A stretch of 64,000 nucleotides of DNA from a virus. Below, in pieces: positions 19,979 through 29,251 of this stretch. Numbering within the stretch: the stretch's first letter is position 1; every line of letters starts with the position of its first letter. The stretch is from positions 1 to 64,000 of the IMG/VR virus record IMGVR_UViG_3300042894_002769; one strand, 5' to 3'. Both the position numbers and the translations under genes were made by a program. The notes below the pieces were generated by a model, which saw nothing but the letters and a program-made list of their open reading frames with translations, had not been told where the DNA came from and ran no database searches.

Positions 19979-22179
19979 GCTGGCATTGCAATTTGACCAA
20001 GATTGATTGTACCAGTTGGATTTCCTCCAACTGATAATCCACCATTGACGTTACTGTAGACTTTAAGACCTGTATCAACAGATACATAAATACGCGAACC
20101 ATCAAAGAATGCAATGCAGTTTGCTGTAGCAAACGCATTAGGTGTGCCTTGGTCAATCATCAACACAGGAGCAGCAAGCACAGTTGTCGCTGTTTTGCCT
20201 AAAGAAGATATGAACCAAGCATTAGCAACAGCTGAATTCTGAGGTATCAGCACAAGCGAACCTTGACATTTAAATGCAGCCATAGCTCGGTTTGCAGTTA
20301 GTGCCGATGCAGTACCAACTGACGTTGCACCAATTAACACACCTGTTCTTGGATTAAACTGAGTCTGATAAATTGTACTTGATGTCACAGCTTGCCAAGA
20401 AATAGCATTGTTGCCATCTAACATTTGAACATTGACGTTACTAGGAATACCGCCTGTTGCAACTGTTGTTATCAATGTGGGTGTTGTGCCATTAAAAGGA
20501 ATTTTAATAATTCTAAAATTGACTGCTGCAACTGGAATTGGACTAGCTAAGAAATTACCTTCAAAATCCGCCTCAATATCACGAACAATTTGAGATTCTG
20601 ATGCAGGTAAAGCAGGACTTGTTACCGTTGCAGGTGATGCTGCGGTTATTGCAGTCACAGTTCCTGTTGATGCTTGTGCAATATATCTAGCAAAAATCGG
20701 AGTATTCGATGCTGCGAAAGGTGCGCAAACAACTGTACCGCCATTGATACCAATAGCACTATAACCAGCACCAGCTGCTATGGTTGCAACAGTTTCATCA
20801 GCTGTATCGATACGAGTTAGAGCCGTTGCCGCTGTACTAGATGTCGCATAAACAAAGCGTTCACCATCAAATTCAATATCGGTGTAACCACCACCTGAAG
20901 CAACGGTATTTGCGGTTTTAGTATCAAGTCTAAATCTCACAATTGAGCCACCACCAGCTAAAATTGCGTAAATCGAAACACCTGTGTAACAAACAGCTTC
21001 GGGTCTACCGCCAAACGCATATATCTCATTTGTCCATGATGTATTGGCAAACCAAGATGTGTTATCGGTACTTGCTGTTTTATGGTGGCAGTTTAATAAC
21101 CAATGAGGTCTATCAGTACCAGTGCCAGATGCGTTGCCATCTGTATCACAAGGTATTGTGATTTTATTCATATTTTGACCAATTGGCGCTAATACCTTTA
21201 AGCCAAAAATTTGACCATAGTTAGTAATAGTTGTTGCAAAATCAGAAATAGGTTTTATTGGCAATGTCAATCTACGAGTAGAATCCCAACCATTTGACAC
21301 AAATTTATTACCTAGGTTTCCTAAGTACCAAATAAAAGGATTAACTGTCAATGCTAACCAATTTGGCATAAAGGTTGCGCCATAGTCACCACCCCATGTT
21401 TTAGCCGCGTTGATACCAAAATAACCTTGACGGGTTCTTGGCATGCAAATCAATGTGTAATCAGTATTGTTTAACGGTTTACCTGAACCACCTGCGGTTT
21501 GTGAACCTAAGCACCACAATGTTGACGACACCCATCCCCAACAAGGATAATTCGCAGTTGTTGTGTCCATCACATCTTCACGCGCAGTTTCAAAAATACC
21601 TGCCCACAGTGAAGGCTCGTTATTCACATAAGAGTGAATCATTCCCCATCGCGGTGCAAAATTTACAATGAAATCACAAGAGGTTAAGTTAAATCCAATT
21701 GGCGCACTATCCATATAAGTATAGGCTTCGTTGACACCTGTTTTAGATGAAGTCGCTGTTGGTGTAGCTGAATTGTAATTAACAGGGTTATCCCAATATT
21801 CAAAGCATGTGATATTAACAATCAATCGTTTTAAATTGTAACGTAATACTGCATTTTTGTAAGTCACACCGTCTTTATTTCGACATCTAAACACTTGTGT
21901 GTAAATTGGCGATTGTGTTCCTGAAGTAGCATCTTGACCACCCCAAAATGAATCGAATAATATCCAACCGCTATCAATTTGAGCTGTTACACCTGAAGCT
22001 GCTGTGAAGGTCACACCGGATAACGCACCCGCGCTGCCAACAGTCGTATCGGTAATTGCATCCGCAATCGCATTAGCAAAAGTTAAAAATGGCGTTAAAT
22101 TTGCCGCACCCGATGTAGGGGTAAATTGTGTAGAAATTTGAACAGTGGACTGTCCTATGTATTTAGCTGAGATTGTCAT
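19975..22179 (-). CDS. Large virion structural protein (fibre/adhesin-like, beta-rich)
   Basis: 734 aa, Thr/Ala/Gly/Ser-rich, propeller-like C-terminal half; late operon. Confidence 0.55.
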   Translation of the reverse strand: MTISAKYIGQSTVQISTQFTPTSGAANLTPFLTFANAIADAITDTTVGSAGALSGVTFTAASGVTAQIDSGWILFDSFWGGQDATSGTQSPIYTQVFRCRNKDGVTYKNAVLRYNLKRLIVNITCFEYWDNPVNYNSATPTATSSKTGVNEAYTYMDSAPIGFNLTSCDFIVNFAPRWGMIHSYVNNEPSLWAGIFETAREDVMDTTTANYPCWGWVSSTLWCLGSQTAGGSGKPLNNTDYTLICMPRTRQGYFGINAAKTWGGDYGATFMPNWLALTVNPFIWYLGNLGNKFVSNGWDSTRRLTLPIKPISDFATTITNYGQIFGLKVLAPIGQNMNKITIPCDTDGNASGTGTDRPHWLLNCHHKTASTDNTSWFANTSWTNEIYAFGGRPEAVCYTGVSIYAILAGGGSIVRFRLDTKTANTVASGGGYTDIEFDGERFVYATSSTAATALTRIDTADETVATIAAGAGYSAIGINGGTVVCAPFAASNTPIFARYIAQASTGTVTAITAASPATVTSPALPASESQIVRDIEADFEGNFLASPIPVAAVNFRIIKIPFNGTTPTLITTVATGGIPSNVNVQMLDGNNAISWQAVTSSTIYQTQFNPRTGVLIGATSVGTASALTANRAMAAFKCQGSLVLIPQNSAVANAWFISSLGKTATTVLAAPVLMIDQGTPNAFATANCIAFFDGSRIYVSVDTGLKVYSNVNGGLSVGGNPTGTINLGQIAMPA

Positions 22180-23066
22180 GAGTACACCATAATTAAGTTT
22201 AAGTTTTTACCACCAGTTGTTAACAAATCTACCGTCAAATAATCATTTTCAGTTACGGTCAATGGTAATGGTTGTTTGTCTGATTTTTCAGTATCTGGCG
22301 GCAATGATATTGACCCTACCATAATACCATTTTTATTGACATTTACAGTTACTTCTTCTTGTGAATTAACACCAATTGATAAATACGCTTCAGTGATAAC
22401 AATAGTCTTATCAGGAAAAAACTTAACTGTTCCTAGCATTGGAACAAGTGTACCAATCAAATTAAATATTCGTATGTCGCTAGGTTTTGGAATATTTTTC
22501 CAAAGATTAGTAGTAGCATCGTATGAAATAATATCATCGTCTTGTGGCGTAGTTATCGCAACATTATGGAGTTCTTCAAGCTCGTAACCATTTTGAACTT
22601 TTACTGAAATTGAGCCATTGTTTATTTGCTTACGAGTAACAACACCAAGATAAACTAAATGAGCAGGCGCATGTGGTTTGTCGGTATAGCCATAAATCAA
22701 TCCGCCAGCAACTGTCGGACTTAGCCAAACTGGGTCGCCTTCTTGCGTTGCGGCATTAGTATTTAAACCACTAAGCAAGCCATCATTTACAACATAGCCT
22801 TGCGCATTTTTAGCTAAATCTTGTTCAAGCAATCCTAGTGTTTTACTTGATGTTAACTCAGAATTGGCTTTAGCTAATTTGACTAAAACATTAGCACCTG
22901 ATGCACCACTAACGTAAACAGCTTGCCCTTTATATATAGTAAAGTCTTCGCCATTTTTCACATATTGGCGAATTTGTGTAGCCGAAATCTCACCGATAAT
23001 TGAATCACCAACTGGCAATTCGCTTATGATTTCATCTATTAAAATTAACGGTCTTCTTGCAGTCAT
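22176..23066 (-). CDS. Head fibre/decoration-like protein
   Basis: 296 aa; IYKGQAVYVSGASG...LAKANSE...GLNT...VWLSPTVAGG...ELEELHNVAI fibre/cement-like motifs. Confidence 0.55.
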   Translation of the reverse strand: MTARRPLILIDEIISELPVGDSIIGEISATQIRQYVKNGEDFTIYKGQAVYVSGASGANVLVKLAKANSELTSSKTLGLLEQDLAKNAQGYVVNDGLLSGLNTNAATQEGDPVWLSPTVAGGLIYGYTDKPHAPAHLVYLGVVTRKQINNGSISVKVQNGYELEELHNVAITTPQDDDIISYDATTNLWKNIPKPSDIRIFNLIGTLVPMLGTVKFFPDKTIVITEAYLSIGVNSQEEVTVNVNKNGIMVGSISLPPDTEKSDKQPLPLTVTENDYLTVDLLTTGGKNLNLIMVYS

Positions 23067-23067
23067 T

Positions 23068-23694
23068 TTAAATTTTAATCACAGGTGTGGAAATCGTAAT
23101 GTACATTTTCGTAGCTGAAATCGCTGTTCCTATTAACTGGATTAATCCTGCTGTTGGAACAGTCGTTGTAATTTGACCAAGGTGTGTCAAATAATATTTG
23201 TCACCAATTGTTAAGTTTTGGAAATTTTCAATAAGGCTTCCCGATACACCTATGTCCAGTGTAGCACCAGCAACAGCTGCATTTTTAACAAGACCTATGA
23301 TTTTTCCGTACAGGGCAGTATCATCAACATCAGCTACAACTATCCCAGTTGCGCCAGCTGCAATAACGGTATGTGTAGCAATACTAGGTATTGACTGAGG
23401 TAGCGGTAAGTGCAATATGGCATATTCGCCCGTGTCACCCTTATCGCCTTTTTCACCTTGAAGTCCAGCTGCTGTCACATGGATAATATTTTTTGTGACA
23501 GGATTTACTTCGATGATTGTTTTTGCTTTATTTGAAACTTCTATTATATGATTTTCAGTGGCGACATTTATCGCTCCAGCTGAACTGACTGATGCCACAA
23601 TTGAATTCGATTTTGGTGCTACCTCAATAACAGTTTGTTTTTTGGTAGATAGGTCAATTGAATTCTTTTCTGTTGTGACATTTATTATAGTCAT
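23068..23694 (-). CDS. Structural protein with short collagen-like tract and cement-like C-terminal domain
   Basis: GLQGEKGDKGDTGE followed by IIGLV...GDKYYL...GQITTTVPT...IGTAISAT. Confidence 0.55.
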   Translation of the reverse strand: MTIINVTTEKNSIDLSTKKQTVIEVAPKSNSIVASVSSAGAINVATENHIIEVSNKAKTIIEVNPVTKNIIHVTAAGLQGEKGDKGDTGEYAILHLPLPQSIPSIATHTVIAAGATGIVVADVDDTALYGKIIGLVKNAAVAGATLDIGVSGSLIENFQNLTIGDKYYLTHLGQITTTVPTAGLIQLIGTAISATKMYITISTPVIKI

Positions 23695-24065
23695 GTTGCT
23701 CTTGTGACTTCAGGTACTACTAGCACCTTGTCTTTGTAATCTGCTACAGGCGGAACGATAGTTGAAACAGTTGTGCCGATTGCATACTGAACGTCATAAA
23801 AATATGCGCCAGCAGGAATCAACTTAGTCATGCTAGAAGGCACGCATAAATAGGCTATGCCGCCAACAATATCATCATTGACATTATTACCAGCCGTTGA
23901 GCTAAATTGCAGCACAGCGTCAATATCAGCGTCATCGAGAGAAGTTTTTAGCGTTATCCAAAATTTATAACCAGTGATGTTCTGTGGACTACCGGCTAAA
24001 TCAGTTAGGCGTAACTCAAGATTAAACTCGTCGCCTATGCGCATATCATCAATATATTTAGCCAC
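23691..24065 (-). CDS. BppU-N-like structural adaptor protein
   Basis: GDEF.LEL...NITGYKFWITLK...GAYFYDVQ...VVPEVTR pattern. Confidence 0.55.
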   Translation of the reverse strand: MAKYIDDMRIGDEFNLELRLTDLAGSPQNITGYKFWITLKTSLDDADIDAVLQFSSTAGNNVNDDIVGGIAYLCVPSSMTKLIPAGAYFYDVQYAIGTTVSTIVPPVADYKDKVLVVPEVTRAT

Positions 24066-24107
24066 GATAACCTCTTTCTAAAAGACTTCTCACAATGATT
24101 CCTAACA

Positions 24108-24452
24108 TTAATCTACTTCGCTGTTATAAACTATTTTTGCAGATACAGTACCTGTTACAGCTGTCACATCCACAATCAAATTGATTGCCGATGCGATAAC
24201 ATAATTTGTAGCACCAGCGGTACTAATTGTCGATAACACTAAATCTTTAGCCGCATCGCCAAAAGGATTGCTGATTACTTTAACTGTCGCAGTACCTGTA
24301 ATATGAACACAAACGGTACTCAAAGCAGGGCAAAAAAGCTCGCTAGAGCGTGTAGGCGCTGTAACACTTAATTTATCGGTAATTGTAGTTACATCATTAG
24401 CTGTAGCTACAGTTGCTGGAAATATAAATGCGGTTTTAAAATTATCGCTCAT
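24108..24452 (-). CDS. Hypothetical structural protein (beta-rich)
   Basis: 114 aa in the late operon downstream of the capsid gene. Confidence 0.5.
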   Translation of the reverse strand: MSDNFKTAFIFPATVATANDVTTITDKLSVTAPTRSSELFCPALSTVCVHITGTATVKVISNPFGDAAKDLVLSTISTAGATNYVIASAINLIVDVTAVTGTVSAKIVYNSEVD

Positions 24453-25009
24453 GGCATTTTACGCGCATCAATTGGATTAACATATCCAAGAATGTCATTA
24501 AGACCTAAGCCTGATTCAACAAAGGCTTTTTGGCGTTCTTCTTGCGCTCTGCGGTCTTGGTCTGCCGCTGCAAAGAATATTTGAATACCGCGAGTCAATT
24601 TTGAATCATCGTCTTCATGTGCTAATAATTTGCGCAATCCTGCAACTTCAACATGTGCAACTTCCAACTGTTCTTCAATACTGGTTTTTTGAACATTTAG
24701 TTCAGAAATAGTGGTTTCCAATGTAGTGATGCGTGTCAATAACTCATCATCGCTAATAACAGGTTGCTCATCAATAACAGATTGTTCAGGTACAGCATCT
24801 TGCGATGCTTGAGCTGGTTTTTTCTTAGGCGGCTTATATGTTGCCACATTGCTACGAAGTAAACCGTATGCCACATCGTTAATGTTCTCACGAGTGACTT
24901 CAACACCAAGTAAACCTGACACGATGTCAAGACGAGGTAAACCGTCATCAGTCCATAGACCGTCATCTTCAGGTGATAGTGATTTTAAAGTGCTTAATAA
25001 ATTTTCCAT
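24449..25009 (-). CDS. Capsid-adjacent hypothetical protein
   Basis: Likely start MENLL at 25009 (RBS GAGG); DDGLWTDDGLPRLD motif plus coiled coil. Confidence 0.6.
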   Translation of the reverse strand: MENLLSTLKSLSPEDDGLWTDDGLPRLDIVSGLLGVEVTRENINDVAYGLLRSNVATYKPPKKKPAQASQDAVPEQSVIDEQPVISDDELLTRITTLETTISELNVQKTSIEEQLEVAHVEVAGLRKLLAHEDDDSKLTRGIQIFFAAADQDRRAQEERQKAFVESGLGLNDILGYVNPIDARKMP

Positions 25010-25029
25010 GATTACCTCAAATTTGGAAA

Positions 25030-25054
25030 TGGTGCGCATAAAATATGCGCACCA
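25030..25054 (-). terminator. Hairpin after major capsid gene
   Basis: TGGTGCGCATA-aaa-TATGCGCACCA inverted repeat. Confidence 0.55.
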
Positions 25055-25067
25055 AAAGAGCAGTTAA

Positions 25068-26099
25068 TTAGGCTTCGCGTGTTACTAAACGAGCAAATGG
25101 AATTTGCTTACGTTCTGAATAAACACGTTGCCATGAAGCAGCTGCTGCCAAAGTTGTATCATCAGCACCGCCACTTGGAGTAGTTGAGCCAACCCAACCA
25201 CAGCCAACAGGTGCAATTGCCCATTCAACACGGTTGTAGAGTTCTTCACGACCACCGCCAGTACCAAGTTCAGGACGACGGATTGTTTCGGTAGGTACTT
25301 TTGGAGCGCCAAAGCCTAAGCGAACAGCGCCATCAGCAAATAACCAAGATTCATAAACACCAGTTGCAGGATTTGGCATAGCGTCATCAACAATTACTTC
25401 TTTACCCATGAAGTAAGGAATGCTCATTGCGCCTTCAGATGGTTTGATAAATTGAATCAAATCATTTTTAAGCATACGAGCGTAAACGATGCTGTGTACC
25501 ATAATTGTGTTGATAACATCCATGCTATCGCCCATCGTTGCAGCAGCTTCAATGAATGCTGACGCGCTGAATGTGGTTGTTGATGCGTTATAAGTTGTCG
25601 CTGTATTCAAACCGTCTGTTGAGAACGCTAAGTTACGAACTAAGTCATAACGGACGTGTTCTGAAGCAGTTGGAGCTGCGTCATTGTCAGCAAAGATTCC
25701 TTTCATTGTTGCAATAAATGTAGCTTGATGCGCACGCGCCCAAACTGATGCAACACGATTAGCAATGCTCATCATTGGGTCAGCACCTGCTAATGCAGCT
25801 TCCAAATCGTAGCTTGACCATGCACCATTGCGTGATAAACGGATTTGAGTTTCAACTGCCGCAGTAGTTACCGCTGGAGTTGCTGCTGAAGAAGTTGCTG
25901 TTGATACGTTGATTGCCGAAGTTGACAAATCGCGGAATGATGGGATGTTGGTTGTGTAACCGCCACCAGCTAAGAATGAATCCAATAACGGGTCAAGAGT
26001 TACCGCACGAGATTGAATTAAGCGTGATTTTTGTTGTGTTAACTGTTGTACATAAGGGTTAAATACCTCTGGTACAATGATATTGTTTAAAGAAGCCAT
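25068..26099 (-). CDS. Major capsid protein
   Basis: IIVPEVFNPYV...AGADPMMSIANRVA...MVHSIVYARM...VIVDDAMP...WQRVYSERKQI; follows scaffold. Confidence 0.9.
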   Translation of the reverse strand: MASLNNIIVPEVFNPYVQQLTQQKSRLIQSRAVTLDPLLDSFLAGGGYTTNIPSFRDLSTSAINVSTATSSAATPAVTTAAVETQIRLSRNGAWSSYDLEAALAGADPMMSIANRVASVWARAHQATFIATMKGIFADNDAAPTASEHVRYDLVRNLAFSTDGLNTATTYNASTTTFSASAFIEAAATMGDSMDVINTIMVHSIVYARMLKNDLIQFIKPSEGAMSIPYFMGKEVIVDDAMPNPATGVYESWLFADGAVRLGFGAPKVPTETIRRPELGTGGGREELYNRVEWAIAPVGCGWVGSTTPSGGADDTTLAAAASWQRVYSERKQIPFARLVTREA

Positions 26100-26206
26100 G
26101 ATTGATTCCTAAGTAAAGATAAGTGTTTAATTTTTTCATAACTAAAATTCCTTTCCCATGATTAGAATTTATAAAAGAAAACGTCAACCATTTGACGCGC
26201 TTACCT

Positions 26207-26237
26207 TAACTTAGCATATCTAGCGTATTTTTGTCAA
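26207..26237 (-). promoter_or_regulatory. Sigma70-like promoter for the capsid operon
   Basis: TTGACA-18-TAAGTT with extended TG on the minus strand. Confidence 0.5.
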
Positions 26238-26238
26238 T

Positions 26239-26267
26239 AAAAAAGCCACCGTTTTACGGGTGGCTTT
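26239..26267 (-). terminator. Intrinsic terminator after scaffold gene
   Basis: AAAGCCACC...GGTGGCTTT hairpin with U-tract on the minus strand. Confidence 0.75.
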
Positions 26268-26282
26268 AGTTGGCGTTGTTGC

Positions 26283-27080
26283 TTAGTTAAGCGACACACC
26301 GTGCATTGCCGCAAGTCGTACTGCTTCGGCTTTATTATTTGTATAAACCTCACCTTGTTTTGTGAGATTTAGCGTAGCCGGATTCCAAGGATTTGTTGCG
26401 CCACCATAACTAGTTGATGAGCCGCCCATCGAACCGCCACCTTGAGATTGACCCCACCAGTAAGGATTCAAAGGTTGTCTTTCAGATAACCAAACACTCA
26501 CATCTAAAAATGGCGTACAGCCAGCATTTTCACGAGTGACTACTTTACCTTCGTCGTTCACAACAAATACTTTTTCAGCCAATAACTGAACATGCTCACG
26601 ATGCTCAGGAACAATTTTGGCTTTGTTAATTTCGGCTTCAACAGCATCTTTAATTAAACGTGCATTACGTTCAGCTTGATGTTGTTGTAATAGTTTGTCA
26701 CGGTCAGCTAATTGCTGTTGCAAAGTTTGTTTTTCAGCTTCAAGTGGTCTGACCAAGGCTTTGACACGCGCTTCAGCAACTTCATTAACTTTTGATTCGT
26801 CAAAAGTACCAGTGCCAGCAGCTTCAAGTTCAGTCAATTTTGTTAATGATGATTTCAATGTATCAATATCGCCAAGCTCAATGTAAGGACGTAGTGACTC
26901 TTTGACAAGACGATGGTCATTACGTTCTTTTGTTAACGAACTTGTTAAGCGTTCAATATCAGCATCGGTTTTTAAACCAACAACGCCCGTTAATTTATAT
27001 GTGTCACCTTCTTGTGTGTAAAGCACATGGAAGGCTTCAGGAATGGCATCAAGTGATGCTTCAACTGGGTTTAACTTCAT
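26283..27080 (-). CDS. Capsid scaffolding protein
   Basis: Coiled coil, LTKERNDH, WWGQSQGGGS and NPW...NLTKQG C-terminus; between portal and capsid. Confidence 0.8.
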   Translation of the reverse strand: MKLNPVEASLDAIPEAFHVLYTQEGDTYKLTGVVGLKTDADIERLTSSLTKERNDHRLVKESLRPYIELGDIDTLKSSLTKLTELEAAGTGTFDESKVNEVAEARVKALVRPLEAEKQTLQQQLADRDKLLQQHQAERNARLIKDAVEAEINKAKIVPEHREHVQLLAEKVFVVNDEGKVVTRENAGCTPFLDVSVWLSERQPLNPYWWGQSQGGGSMGGSSTSYGGATNPWNPATLNLTKQGEVYTNNKAEAVRLAAMHGVSLN

Positions 27081-27102
27081 GATAATTTCCTAATTGGTTA
27101 GT

Positions 27103-28635
27103 TTATTTAGGTGCGTTATTGTAACCTGTTTTTAGCGTATTAGCTGGATTATCAGGTGGTACATTTTGCGCATCTGGTTGTGGTGGTACTACTTTTGGCT
27201 GCATTGCTTCTTTCTGTTTAATTGCCTGCTCGCGTTGGTCAGCAAGTTCTTTTTCAGCAGTTTGCAATTCATTTTCAAATTCAAGTTTAGTAAAGTTTTG
27301 AGTTTTAAGCAAGGTATGAATAGACTCATTTGCCAAAGGCGCACCCATAGTTTTAGCTTGCATAAGCTGAACAAAATCTTGACCAGTAAGTTTTAAATTC
27401 ACGAAATCTAAGTTAGCTTTCACTGAAACTTCTTTTGGGTCACATCCCATCCACTCCGCAGCAATTCTCAAAATACGCTCAAGTCCTGACGCACAAGTTA
27501 ATGCAACTTCCATCAAATTTGCAGTTTGTGCAGTCATTCGCAATCTTAACGCATCGCCTGATTCTTGAGTTGATTTTGAGTTAAGTAACTGACCTGCTTT
27601 TGCTTGTGCGGAAGAACGGTCATTTTCAATTGCCATACGCATTTCAGAAAGACCTGATGATGACACGCCTATGTATTTAGCATCGCCACCTATGTTCACA
27701 TCAATTTTAGAGCCAGCACCAACACGCACATCTTCATCAGGATTTCCCATGCCGCCAATCACAATTAAAGTTTCTTGACCTTGCATGTAAAGCGTATGTC
27801 GATAATCTGCTTCGCCACGATATATCAACATGCACGAATCAACTAAACCTTGCAATGGCATTGCATCCACTTTAGCTAAGTTGTTTTTACTGTTAATAAA
27901 CACAAACGGTATTTGCTGTAATGTTTCTGACCGAATTGCAGGAATATATCGCTCAGTCATGTTTTCAAGACTTATGGTATCGAAGCCTTGATAAACCGAT
28001 TGCACATAACCGTAACCGGCATTTGACGGCTCATTAGCTTCAATGTCACCAAGTGTCAATACGCGATAACGATTTACCCATTGCCATTCAAACGATTTTC
28101 TAAAGTAACGTGACTCATCAAGTACGACTAAATTAAGACTGTTTAAACCACCAATATTATCGTTATCGTCCCAGTTAATGATTGTTTCAGCTGGATACAT
28201 TGCAATGTATGGCTCAAGCTCAGTAACCTTATCAGCAGGTAAATCAAGCAATAATCCGACACGACCTGTTAATAATTGTTCGTGATGAATTTTTCTAATC
28301 AGAGTATTTAAACTATCGTTAGTAATTGTTGCCTTTTTACGCAAAAATTCCATCTTAGCCGGTAGCTCAATAATGGTTTCTTTGTTATTTAAAAGACCAA
28401 TATAAGATTGCGTGGCAGTTGCTACATAATCAGGAAATACTGCACGTTGCTTATATGACTCATAATTAATATAACCGACTTCTTTAACATTCATACCGTC
28501 TTGCAAATGACTTGCTGTCGCTGGCAGGTACAATTGACCTTTGCGCTTAACGTATCTCTCGCCAGCGTAACAATCACGCGCTGTTACCCAGTCGGGTGCT
28601 TGCATTAAATATTCAGGGTGTTTTGTTGTTATCAT
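27103..28635 (-). CDS. Portal protein (DUF4055 type)
   Basis: HPEY...W...RDCYAGE..VK.KGQLYLP...Y..YKQRAVF; IPFVFINS; ESGDALRLR. Confidence 0.9.
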   Translation of the reverse strand: MITTKHPEYLMQAPDWVTARDCYAGERYVKRKGQLYLPATASHLQDGMNVKEVGYINYESYKQRAVFPDYVATATQSYIGLLNNKETIIELPAKMEFLRKKATITNDSLNTLIRKIHHEQLLTGRVGLLLDLPADKVTELEPYIAMYPAETIINWDDNDNIGGLNSLNLVVLDESRYFRKSFEWQWVNRYRVLTLGDIEANEPSNAGYGYVQSVYQGFDTISLENMTERYIPAIRSETLQQIPFVFINSKNNLAKVDAMPLQGLVDSCMLIYRGEADYRHTLYMQGQETLIVIGGMGNPDEDVRVGAGSKIDVNIGGDAKYIGVSSSGLSEMRMAIENDRSSAQAKAGQLLNSKSTQESGDALRLRMTAQTANLMEVALTCASGLERILRIAAEWMGCDPKEVSVKANLDFVNLKLTGQDFVQLMQAKTMGAPLANESIHTLLKTQNFTKLEFENELQTAEKELADQREQAIKQKEAMQPKVVPPQPDAQNVPPDNPANTLKTGYNNAPK

Positions 28636-28636
28636 G

Positions 28637-28894
28637 TTAAACGCCTACCTTATCGGAAGTAATATTGATTAGATAGACATTTAGTCCACCCATCGCACTC
28701 ATGAATTGCGTATATTGGTCGGTTGTTAAATTAAAGTCGGGAATGAAACTGGCAATTGCGGGAGCAATGATGACAAAAATGTTTAAAATAATTTGAAATC
28801 GCTTAACGCCTGTTGCACATGATATGACATTTCCTTCTTTCAAAGCTGTGATTGGTGACATGCGCCATCCCTCGAAAATGTTAATTTTAATCAC
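28637..28894 (-). CDS. Putative holin/small membrane protein
   Basis: Two hydrophobic segments, ends ITSDKVGV; candidate promoter TTTACA-17-TATAAG lies just upstream. Confidence 0.5.
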   Translation of the reverse strand: MIKINIFEGWRMSPITALKEGNVISCATGVKRFQIILNIFVIIAPAIASFIPDFNLTTDQYTQFMSAMGGLNVYLINITSDKVGV

Positions 28895-28939
28895 TGCTTA
28901 TACCATATAGGTCGTTTTTTGTAAATAAAGCAACTTTCA

Positions 28940-28998
28940 AAAAAAAAAAACCGAAGCAGTGTGACGTACTTCGGTTAAAGGAGTTCCACTAATGGAAT
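28940..28998 (-). ncRNA. Candidate ~60-nt sRNA with exposed anti-Shine-Dalgarno segment
   Basis: Promoter TTGCTA-18-TATAGT with extended TG (-10 at 29005-29010); transcript hairpin UUCCA-UUAG-UGGAA, single-stranded CUCCUUU, terminator hairpin CCGAAG...CUUCGG plus U12. Confidence 0.55.
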
Positions 28999-29010
28999 GA
29001 CAATACTATA

Positions 29011-29250
29011 TCACATTATGGAATCACTTAGCAAAGGCATGTACATTTTGCTGAAATATTCTTTTGAAATCCATGTGACATAATCGATATTTTCATTAAT
29101 TTCAGTAACAACTAAATAACCATCTTCATTACTTTCTACCTCATCAGTTCCATCTGAGATGTAAATATCGCCACCAGTTATTGACAATTCATATTCAAAC
29201 CATGTCATCGGTTTGGCTTTTACTTTTGCAAAACTCACATAACTTTGCAT
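29011..29250 (-). CDS. Stand-alone homologue of the N-terminal domain of the Tad2-fusion protein
   Basis: Likely start MQSYV at 29250 (RBS AAGGAG); KVKAKPMT...DGYLVV...YVTWISKEYFSKMY aligns by eye with KVINAVEMT...AGYLVE...YVTWSPKEVFSKAY of 31559..32017. Confidence 0.65.
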   Translation of the reverse strand: MQSYVSFAKVKAKPMTWFEYELSITGGDIYISDGTDEVESNEDGYLVVTEINENIDYVTWISKEYFSKMYMPLLSDSIM

Positions 29251-29251
29251 T

